64,000 bases of DNA. Source: Gammaproteobacteria bacterium (GTDB lineage Bacteria; Pseudomonadota; Gammaproteobacteria; CAJXQU01). The stretch is from assembly GCA_965238175.1 (NCBI GenBank), contig CBDEGZ010000003.1, forward strand, positions 192,001 to 256,000. Reading direction: 5' to 3'. Position 1 is the first letter of the stretch, and each line of letters begins with the position of its first letter. Shown in pieces: positions 40,474-49,700 of the stretch. The notes beneath the pieces are model-generated. The model made no database searches. It had not been told where the DNA came from and was given only the letters and a program-made list of their open reading frames with translations. A program made the position numbers and the translations under genes.

Positions 40474-40653
40474 GTGGACAATATTTTAACAAATGAGATA
40501 GAAACAGGATCTATTCCGCACCGTGTTACTAGTTATGTTAATGACACGCAAGATACAGAAAATAAGGGGCTCAGTCAATATCTGGGAGCTGTTACTATGG
40601 TTGGTTTATTAATGTGGGTTGTTTTTGCATATATTTTAATCAGCATTTTTTGA
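40474..40653 (+). CDS. 59-aa small protein with C-terminal TM helix, not in the ORF track
   Basis: AGGAG RBS then GTG; MDNILTNEIETGSIPHRVTSYVNDTQDTENKGLSQYLGAVTMVGLLMWVVFAYILISIF*. Confidence 0.6.
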   Translation: MDNILTNEIETGSIPHRVTSYVNDTQDTENKGLSQYLGAVTMVGLLMWVVFAYILISIF

Positions 40654-40988
40654 TCTTTAAAATTATTTAAAATACACACAAACTTTTTTAATCATTTCTT
40701 CTCTTTCGCTATATATTTTTACCTGCGGTTATTAGTAATTATACTTATTTGTTTTTTACTTTTAACAAAAATATACCTCCGTTAACAAAAAGAAACTCTC
40801 TCCTTTGATACAACTTGAATATACTCTCAGTAAGAAATGAGGTGTATTTATGCTTTATAATTTATTTGGTCAAGATTTTGACGGTACTTGTTCGTTCGAG
40901 TATAGTCATTGATATTGGAAATTGAGAGAGTGCTTAATAAAGATAACATTAACAAAGAGATAGGGATGTTTAAGAATGTCAGGGATGA

Positions 40989-41600
40989 GTGATGGATAGT
41001 TTAGAGATAGTAATAACAATTCTTCTCATGGGGCTTTTTATTTCAATATACTTGTTATGGTTGGAAAAAAAGAACCGTCAACCTAACAAGCATTTTACCG
41101 TTGAATTCTTGAAGGCGGCGTCAATTCCTTCATTCCGAGATTCAATACTACCTATAAACAGTGAACTCTCGCGAGCTCGCCGTTTTGAAAAATCAGTCTC
41201 AGTTATTGTGATCAAATATAACTCGTTCGAAGAAAACCTTGAGCAAAAAAATACTCAAGCCGATGCTTCCATTGTCGCGAATATTTTTAGTCGTCATAAA
41301 AACAAAGAAATAAGTTGGGCGAACTTTTTACAGTGCGGTATCGCCGTGCGTGATGCTTTAAGAGATATAGATTTGATTTGTTTTGCAGGAGCAAGTTATC
41401 AGTACGTCATAGTATTACCTGAAACAACAAGGGCAAATGCGGAGCTACTACATAAAAGATTGCTTGATATTGTTGGAAGTGATATTTCAAATCAATTTGA
41501 TGTTGGAATCTCAGAGTTTCCAAATGATGGTTTGATTATCGATGATCTTGTTGGTAGTGCAACGGATTCCATCAATGAGGAGTTTGTTGCACAGCATTAA
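40989..41600 (+). CDS. Membrane-anchored degenerate GGDEF-domain protein
   Basis: N-terminal TM; ELSRARR...VSVIVI, LRDID (RxxD), VIVLPETT...A, VGISEFP.DG are all GGDEF-fold hallmarks, but there is no GGDEF motif. Confidence 0.72.
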   Translation: MMDSLEIVITILLMGLFISIYLLWLEKKNRQPNKHFTVEFLKAASIPSFRDSILPINSELSRARRFEKSVSVIVIKYNSFEENLEQKNTQADASIVANIFSRHKNKEISWANFLQCGIAVRDALRDIDLICFAGASYQYVIVLPETTRANAELLHKRLLDIVGSDISNQFDVGISEFPNDGLIIDDLVGSATDSINEEFVAQH

Positions 41601-41697
41601 TTCAAGACTATAAGTTGATACTCAGTACAAATTAAAGACTGTTTACTAACCATGTTTATGGGGGGTCTTACAATAAATAAAAGAAACTAGGAGGTTT

Positions 41698-42420
41698 ATG
41701 CAAAAGGCGAACAATGATAGAACATTTGGGAGTTCTCTACGTGATCATTTAAAAATTAGAATATTTTATTCAGAAAGACAAAGGACGTATGATCTTTATA
41801 CGTTTGATCCACCAAATTCTATAACGTATAGACAAGTCAAAAGGGTTCTGGATGTGCTGCTTAGTTCTTTGATTTTAATCGCGGTATTACCCATTTTTTT
41901 ATTATGCATTCTTGCTATTAAACTTGACTCACCTGGGCCGATCTTTTTCTTTCAAGAAAGGACAGGGAAAGGTGGGCATAGATTCAAGATGTACAAATTC
42001 AGAACCATGTTAGAAAATGCAGTTGAATTGAAGCAAAAATATCTTCACCTAAATACGCTCACCTATCCAGATTTCAAAATCCCTAATGATCCTCGTATCA
42101 CCCGATTAGGTCGATTTCTACGTAGGTCAAGTTTAGATGAGTTGCCACAATTGCTAAATGTAATTAAGGGGGATATGAGCCTGGTGGGTCCCCGACCTAC
42201 TTCATTTAGTTCCGATACTTATGATTTGTGGCAGACCGCGCGGTTGGGAGTTACGCCAGGGATCACTGGATTATGGCAAATCTCAGGCCGAGCAAATGTC
42301 GATTTTGATGAGCGTAATCGTCTGGATATTGAATACATTAGGGATCAATCGTTCTGGTATGACACAAGAATTCTTTTTAAAACCTTTTCCAGGGTGATGG
42401 ATAGAGATGGAGCAACTTGA
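41698..42420 (+). CDS. Initiating sugar-phosphate (undecaprenyl-phosphate) transferase
   Basis: [42 protein letters not shown]. Confidence 0.92.
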   Translation: MQKANNDRTFGSSLRDHLKIRIFYSERQRTYDLYTFDPPNSITYRQVKRVLDVLLSSLILIAVLPIFLLCILAIKLDSPGPIFFFQERTGKGGHRFKMYKFRTMLENAVELKQKYLHLNTLTYPDFKIPNDPRITRLGRFLRRSSLDELPQLLNVIKGDMSLVGPRPTSFSSDTYDLWQTARLGVTPGITGLWQISGRANVDFDERNRLDIEYIRDQSFWYDTRILFKTFSRVMDRDGAT

Positions 42421-43571
42421 TGATTATCTTGACGGTCTCTTTCTGGATATCAATCATAATAATTTTTTACACATATATTGGATTTCCGCTTCTATTAACC
42501 ATTGTTGGCTACATAAAAAATCGTAGTGTGTCTAAAGCACCGATTCAGCCTTCGGTAAGTCTCATAATTGCCGCATATAATGAAGCGGCTGGGATCTCGA
42601 AAAAACTGGAAAATTCACTAAATCTGGATTATCCGTCTGACAAGCTGGAAATAATTGTTGCTTCAGATGGATCAAGTGATGAGACAGATAATATTGTTAG
42701 AAGTTATGCTGAAAAAGGGATCAAACTAATGAGTTTCCCTAGGCGCGGTAAAATATTCGCGCTGAATGATGCGGTGTCCCGATGCACAGGGGAAATTCTG
42801 GTGTTTTCCGATGCAAACACACAATATCATCCTGAATCAATTAAGAAACTTGTTGCAAACTTTACCGATCCTGAGGTTGGAGGTGTCTGTGGCAACCAGG
42901 TACACACAGATAAACTCGAGAATGACAATACTGCCAGTGGCGAAAAATTATACTGGAGTTATGACAAATGGCTAAAAAGAATGGAAACACTGACAGGCAG
43001 TATAGTGTCTGCTGATGGTGCTATCTATTCGATTCGGCGCGCTCTTTTTCGGTTACCAGAATCGACAGCCGTGACGGATGATTTTGCAATATCGACGGGT
43101 GTAATTGATCAGGGATACCGTTTAGTTTTTGAAAGTGAAGCACTTGCAGCGGAAGATGCAGCGCCTGAAGCTAAAAAAGAATTTGGACGCAAAGTCAGGA
43201 TAATGAATCGTGGATTACGAGGTGTATATTTACGTAAAAACCTATTAAACCCCTTTAATTATGGCTTTTACTCTGTGATCTTGTTTTCGCATAAGTTATT
43301 ACGCCGGTTAGTACCTTTATTTCTGTTTAACCTGATCATAATGAGTATTTTATTGAGCGGTGAAAGTATTTTCTTTTTTAGTTTTATGATTGCTCAAATA
43401 GTTTTTTATGTCTGGGCAGGAATAAGTTACAAGTTGAGGGATACTAAGCTTGGGCAGCATAAAATATTTTACATTCCCTTTTTCTATTGCCTTGCAAATG
43501 CGGCTTCACTGGTTGCTATTTTTAAGCTACTTAGTGGGACTAAAATTGAAAGATGGCAACCACAACGATAA
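42417..43571 (+). CDS. Glycosyltransferase family 2 (membrane-anchored)
   Basis: IIAAYNE, ASDGSSD, FSDAN, TDDF, RKVRI. Confidence 0.9.
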   Translation: MMIILTVSFWISIIIIFYTYIGFPLLLTIVGYIKNRSVSKAPIQPSVSLIIAAYNEAAGISKKLENSLNLDYPSDKLEIIVASDGSSDETDNIVRSYAEKGIKLMSFPRRGKIFALNDAVSRCTGEILVFSDANTQYHPESIKKLVANFTDPEVGGVCGNQVHTDKLENDNTASGEKLYWSYDKWLKRMETLTGSIVSADGAIYSIRRALFRLPESTAVTDDFAISTGVIDQGYRLVFESEALAAEDAAPEAKKEFGRKVRIMNRGLRGVYLRKNLLNPFNYGFYSVILFSHKLLRRLVPLFLFNLIIMSILLSGESIFFFSFMIAQIVFYVWAGISYKLRDTKLGQHKIFYIPFFYCLANAASLVAIFKLLSGTKIERWQPQR

Positions 43572-43645
43572 TAATTTATTGAATGATATAAAAATCTCCC
43601 TGTTGTCAGTAACTTATGTTTCTGCGAAATTCACTTGGGTATTGA

Positions 43646-45199
43646 ATGACAGTCTCACCTAGTAATCTACCAACAAACTCTGAAGATACAAATCCTGTCA
43701 CAACTCGCAAACAAATAAGGGGTTCGGGATTATTACTTGCTGGGCGATGTGTATCGTTAGTACTTAATTTTATAACACAAGTGCTTATCGTACGTTATCT
43801 ATCAAAATCTGATTATGGATCCTGGGCGTATTGTCTGTCTTTGATTGTTTTATTCCAAGCATTCTCATCTTTGGGTCTTAAACGATCAATTACGCGTTTT
43901 TTACCTATTTATCATGAGCAAAAAGATTACGGAAAGATGTTTGGGACGATCGCTCTGGTAATTATGTCGATCTTGATCATGGGTGTTGTATTTATTGGGA
44001 GCATTCATTTAGCTCCAGAAGTGATTTCGCAGTTGATAAAAGATAATAGCGAGGTATTGAAAATACTGTTAGTTATGATTTTTATCGTTCCAGTCCAGGC
44101 AGTTGATGGAATAATAATTGGTATTTTCGCAAGTTTTTCAAAGTCTCGATCAATATTTTTCCGACGCTACGTGCTAACGCCAGTTCTAAAATTACTGGTT
44201 GTGTTTGGACTGCTGTATTTTGAGGGTAGCGTAGTATTTCTCGCTTTAGGGTATGTCGCCGTCAGTGTGGTGGGCATTTTAATTTTCATAAAAATGTTGA
44301 TGCGTTTATTACGTCAGGAAGGTTTGATCCAATATTCGAGCTTTAAAAATTTGGACATACCCGCAAAAATTATTTTTGCTTTTTCACTTCCACTTCTAAC
44401 AACTGATTTGGTGCAAGTTGTAATGCATTCTAGCAACACATTGATGTTGGGCTACTTCTATAGTGCTGAAGAGGTTGCTTTGTACAGGGTTATTATTCCC
44501 CTCGCACACGTAAATACGATAGTCTTTGCGAGTTTTGGACTGCTATACACACCAATGGCAGCAAGGTTATTTGCCCGGAATGATTATTCAGGTATTAGTA
44601 AAAACTATTGGCAAACAGCAGTTTGGTTGGCTGTACTTTCATTTCCCGTGTTTGCATTAACATTTATATCGGCGAAACCATTAACGTTGTTACTCTATGG
44701 AGATCGTTATGCGGAATCTTGGATATACCTACAAATAATGGTGGGTGCATATTATTTCCATGTGTTACTAGGTTTTAATTCATTGACTCTTGCTGTGCTA
44801 GGGAAGGTGCGCTACGTAGTAGTAATCAATATTATAGCTCTTATTATTAACTTAATACTTAATTATATTTTTATTACAAGATATGGTGCTTTAGGAGCGG
44901 CGATAGGAACATGCGCGAGTATGGTTTGTCATAATTTGCTCAATCAACTTGGCTTGTTCTACGCTGGAGTTGAAGTATTTGACAGGCAGTATCTATCATT
45001 ATATTTGGAAATCTTCGTGACTATTTTCATGCTTTTTATAATCCAGTTTTACATTTCAGATAGCATTTATGTTCTGATCCCTTTAATAATTGTAGCTTCA
45101 TTAGTTATCGTTAGAAGGAGTGCTTATCAATTAAATATTGAAGATACATTTCCTGAATTAATGAAAGTTCCTGTTATTAGTTTGTTATTGAAAAGGTAG
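43646..45199 (+). CDS. wzx: Polysaccharide flippase (Wzx/MOP family)
   Basis: About 14 TM segments, RYLSKSDYG, LNYIFITRYGALGAAIGT. Confidence 0.85.
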   Translation: MTVSPSNLPTNSEDTNPVTTRKQIRGSGLLLAGRCVSLVLNFITQVLIVRYLSKSDYGSWAYCLSLIVLFQAFSSLGLKRSITRFLPIYHEQKDYGKMFGTIALVIMSILIMGVVFIGSIHLAPEVISQLIKDNSEVLKILLVMIFIVPVQAVDGIIIGIFASFSKSRSIFFRRYVLTPVLKLLVVFGLLYFEGSVVFLALGYVAVSVVGILIFIKMLMRLLRQEGLIQYSSFKNLDIPAKIIFAFSLPLLTTDLVQVVMHSSNTLMLGYFYSAEEVALYRVIIPLAHVNTIVFASFGLLYTPMAARLFARNDYSGISKNYWQTAVWLAVLSFPVFALTFISAKPLTLLLYGDRYAESWIYLQIMVGAYYFHVLLGFNSLTLAVLGKVRYVVVINIIALIINLILNYIFITRYGALGAAIGTCASMVCHNLLNQLGLFYAGVEVFDRQYLSLYLEIFVTIFMLFIIQFYISDSIYVLIPLIIVASLVIVRRSAYQLNIEDTFPELMKVPVISLLLKR

Positions 45200-45304
45200 T
45201 GTTTTCTGGTTTCATAACCGGCGGATTCTCTTCGACATTCCGATGATCCCATTCGACAAGCTTCGTTATTATGTTCTATACCGAAGGAATTTCAGTAACT
45301 GAAT

Positions 45305-45339
45305 GTCTAATTGTGTCTCCTTGGGAGACACAATTAGAC
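45305..45339. repeat. Perfect 16-bp inverted repeat with 3-nt spacer
   Basis: GTCTAATTGTGTCTCC-TTG-GGAGACACAATTAGAC. Confidence 0.9.
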
Positions 45340-45371
45340 TAAATAACAGCTTTCAATAAGCATATATTTTT

Positions 45372-45416
45372 TATCTTATTGATTTATATTATAAAATAAA
45401 CTGGCGTAAACTATGC
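45372..45416 (+). promoter_or_regulatory. sigma54 promoter with IHF-like site upstream of the LVIVD / large secreted protein operon
   Basis: TGGCGTAAACTATGC (GG-N10-GC, 45402-45416); TATCTTATTGATT at 45372, same spacing as at glnA. Confidence 0.65.
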
Positions 45417-45775
45417 TATGTATCTAAATAATGACAATGCTGTGTTGGTGTATTACAAAAAATAATGGTTGTAGTCTAGTTATCTGACTTGTTTTAGACA
45501 GGCGCTATGATTCAGAGAAAATTAGTCAGCAACATCATTTGGTTTTAAGAATTAAAATCAACTTTTACTAACTTGCTATCGAAAAACGAATAAGTTAAAT
45601 AATGAAATTATCTGAGTAACATTTATTAAGATCACTGGCGATTATCTTTCTTGCATACTAGTATTAAGAGAGGTAACCAGTAAGTCATTAAGCTGACAAT
45701 AACTAACAATAAATATTTTCTATAGAAATATTTCAGAAACATGATTTCAAGTAGAAAAAAATAGGGAAATCTTTC

Positions 45776-46777
45776 ATGTCTAGACGTTTATTAATGTTTT
45801 TCACACTTTGTTTCGTCGTTCTTAATTTGTCGATTCCAACGAGTATTGCAAAAGGTCCACTTTCCGGGAAAATTTATGCAATCGAGGTAGATGGCACGTT
45901 TGCTTATATGGGTGCTGGAGAAGAATTGGTTGTTTTTGATGTAACCAACCCCATCAAACCTATTCAGATCGCTAGTTTAGGGTTATTGGGTGATTCGGTT
46001 CAAGACATTCAAATAGTTGGAGATCTTGCTTTTATCGCGACGGGAACAGCAGGATTACATATTATCAATGTTGTAGATCCGTATCAGCCAGCGAAGGTCA
46101 GTAGGCTTGAAACACCAGGCCAGGCCAGTGGTGTCTATGTGGTTGATGGTTATGCTTATCTTGCAGCGGGTTCTGGTCTTATCATACTGGATGTAAGCGA
46201 TCCTGAAAAACCGGCTCCTGTCGCATTTTCTGAGACGCTTGGTTGGGATAGTGATGTAATCGTTGCGAAAGGTTATGCCTATGTCGCATCTGGTGAAGAA
46301 GGCGTTCGGGTTGTAGATGTTAGCAATCCACATGCGCCGACAATTATTGGTTCAATTGATACCCCTAACGATGCAAATGGCATTTTTGCAGAAAGTGATC
46401 TTCTCTTTATTGCTGCAGGATCCGGTGGGTTACAGATCGTAAATATCAGTGATCCATCTAATCCAAAAGAAGTCAGTGTTGAAGATACGGGTTATGCACG
46501 ACAAGTCATAGTCAGTTCTGGTTATGCCTATATTGCTTCAGAAAGGAAGGGCTTATGCACAGTAGATATTTCCAGTCCGACAAGACCAGAGCTTATCAAA
46601 CGTTACCCTGCTGAAGGTTCGGCTAATAGCATTGATGTAGAGGATGGTTACATTTTCACAGCAGATGGCATTGGTGGTCTACTGGTTATAAATGGTTTCA
46701 TGAATCATTCGAGTATATCAGATAGTCAATATTCTCCCGCGCCTGATTCCGTGAGAAGTTTCACACCTAAGAAATGA
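45776..46777 (+). CDS. Secreted LVIVD-repeat beta-propeller protein
   Basis: Signal peptide; repeats of V.G.YAY.A.G..GL.I.DVSDP..P. Confidence 0.85.
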   Translation: MSRRLLMFFTLCFVVLNLSIPTSIAKGPLSGKIYAIEVDGTFAYMGAGEELVVFDVTNPIKPIQIASLGLLGDSVQDIQIVGDLAFIATGTAGLHIINVVDPYQPAKVSRLETPGQASGVYVVDGYAYLAAGSGLIILDVSDPEKPAPVAFSETLGWDSDVIVAKGYAYVASGEEGVRVVDVSNPHAPTIIGSIDTPNDANGIFAESDLLFIAAGSGGLQIVNISDPSNPKEVSVEDTGYARQVIVSSGYAYIASERKGLCTVDISSPTRPELIKRYPAEGSANSIDVEDGYIFTADGIGGLLVINGFMNHSSISDSQYSPAPDSVRSFTPKK

Positions 46778-49700
46778 TTTCACTTATAAATAATAAACAT
46801 ACAACAATTAAAAAAAGTAGATGGGAAATTGATATGAGAAGGATGCTTGCGTCACCCCTAAGAAGACTGCAATTGAGTCTTAAACATAAACGACTTAATA
46901 ACCTCATGATCATTATTTTTATGATGATGTTTGGTTTGTCTATCGTGAAAGCTGCTACGCCGCTTTCTGAGGCAGGTTACAGAGGTTTTTCCTATCCGAC
47001 AGCGCTTAGCCAACCAACAGGTGAAAAGCCCGAGAGTAAATTGTGGTTCAACGATGGTTTTTGGTGGGGCATTCTTTGGAGCACTTCTGGCGGAGCGCAT
47101 CATATACATAGACTGGATGAGAACACACAAGACTGGATAGATACTGGCGTATCAGTTGATGATCGTGATGACTCAAAGTCAGACACTCTGTGGGATGGAA
47201 ACAATCAAAAACTCTATGTTGTCTCACACCGATTCATCAGTAATGCAGGGCAATCAGCGACTTCAGGTAACCGCGGTGAATTGTACCGTTATAGCTACAG
47301 TGCTGGATCAAATTCTTACAGCTTGGATAGTGGTTTCCCAGTTGAAGTTAATGCAGCAAGAACTGAGACATTAGTTATAGAAAAGGATTCGAATGATCGC
47401 CTATGGGTCACATATACTCGAGATCAGACTGTCTATCTAAACCATAGTGGTTCCAGCGATACTGATTGGGATCCTACGAATAGACCATTTATTCTACCTA
47501 CTGGAGATAATACGGTAGATATCGGTGCTGATGACAACTGCTCGATTGCAACTTTTAACAACAACATTGGTGTCATGTGGAGCAACCAATCAGATGACAA
47601 AATGTATTTTTCTGCTCATCCAGATAGCGCTAGTCCAACTACAGGTTGGTCGAGTGGTGTTGTGGTATTCGAAGGTGCTGGAAACAGGTCAGCAGACGAT
47701 CACATTAACTTGGCCTCTCTTGATGGTGATCCGGCCGGTGAAGTTTTTGCCGTTACTAAAACCTCGGAATCAAATGCTCGAAATATGCTGTTAGTCTGTG
47801 ACAGCGGTTGTACTTCAAGTAGTGATTGGACAGCATACACAGCTTATCAAGAGGGTGGCAGTGTGGGAAATCCCACACGTCCAGCGGTTGTTATTGATAC
47901 CAGTAATCGCCAGTTATATGTTTTCACAAGTGTGAGTGATAGTGGTCGAGATATATATTACAAAGTAACCGATCTGGATAATATCCAGTTTAATGCCTCA
48001 AGTTTAGGTAGCCCGCTTATAAAAGATTCCTCGAACTCCCCAAATAATGTTACGTCCACTAAGCAGAATTTGAATAGTTCAACGGGATTGGCAGCTCTTT
48101 CTGCAACTGGCAGTCGATATTTACACAACCAATTTCCACTGAGCGCTAGCCCTAGTCCCGACATAACCGTAACGCCGATATCACGTAACTACGGAGACGT
48201 TGTAGTGAACGGTGTAGGTTCATTCAACTTTATAGTTAGTAACGATGGAACAACCACATTGAATGTGAGCAGCACAAGCCTTCTTGGAAGTGATTCCGAT
48301 CAGTTCAACATCGATAGTGGTAACGGTTCTTTTAGCCTGAACCAAGGGCAGAGTCAGACTGTGAGCTTGAGCTTTAACCCGACCACTGTTGGTAACAAGA
48401 GCGCAACTTTACGAATAGCGAGTAACGATCCGAACGAAGATCCCTTTGATGTAAGCCTAACCGGAAATGGTGTGATAAGCGCTCCAGATATAACGGTCAC
48501 TCCGAGCGCCAATGATTATGGAGACATTGAGGTTGGTAACACAGTTTCTTTTAACGTTGAGATCAGAAATGACGGCAGCGAAAACCTGAACGTATCGGCC
48601 CTGTCCTTGGCTGGCAGTAATCCGGGTGAATTTAGTATAGACAGCGGACAAAGTGGCAGCACTTTAGCTCCAGGTCAAAGCCAGGTAGCTGCTGTGAGTT
48701 TCAACCCTAGTTCCCTAGGGGATAAGAGCGCAATTTTAAGCATTCCTAGCAATGATCCAGATGAAAATCCGAGCAATGTGGATTTGAGCGGCAGAGGTAT
48801 ATCGCCTGGAATGGGCGGCGGCACTCTAACACTTTCCCCTAGTGACGACGCACGTGTGAGCTTGGGATTTCCCAGAAGTAATTACGGCTCAGACACAGTA
48901 ATAAGAATACGAGGAGCAGGCACAAGCTCTCATGAAAGTTACCTGAAATTTAACGTGGCCGGACTTACAGGTACACCGACATCGGCCAAATTACGTCTTT
49001 TCGTAACCGATGGAAGTCCTGATGGTGGTGATGTCTACATAGTTGGCAACAGCTGGGATGAATCCACGATCACAGCGGGTAATGCACCAGCGATTAGTGG
49101 CAGCCCAATTGCTAGTGCGGGTTCAGTTATTAATGGAATCTGGATAGAGATCGATATAACTTCTGAGATTACAGGCAATGGAACTTATAGTTTTGGTATG
49201 CGGAGTAATAGCTCGAATAGTGCTCGTTACAGTTCAAAAGAAGGTGCTAATCCGCCAGAACTGGTGATCGAACAATCCGGTACAAGTGGTTCTGTTACAC
49301 CGACACTCAGTAAGAGTTTCAACCCAATAACCATCACAAGCGGAGGTATATCGACACTGACCTTGACGATCAATAACAACGGAAATAGCGTTGCCCTGAC
49401 AGGTTTAAGTGTCAGTGATAACTATCCTGCGGCGATCACAAATGCGGCTTCAGCGAATGCCAGTAGCACCTGTAGCGGTGGTACTCTGAATGCGGCAAAC
49501 GGCGGTAGCAGTATTAGCTATACCGGAGGAAGCGTTGCGGCAGGGTCGAGTTGTACGATAAGTGTGAATGTGACCAGCAACACTGTAGGCCAACACCTTA
49601 ATACTAGCGGCGTGGTCAGCAGTACTGAAGCACCGGACAGTGCAACAGCGAGTGCCACATTAACTGTGAATAGTGAAGTTGTAGCACCAACACTGAGCAA

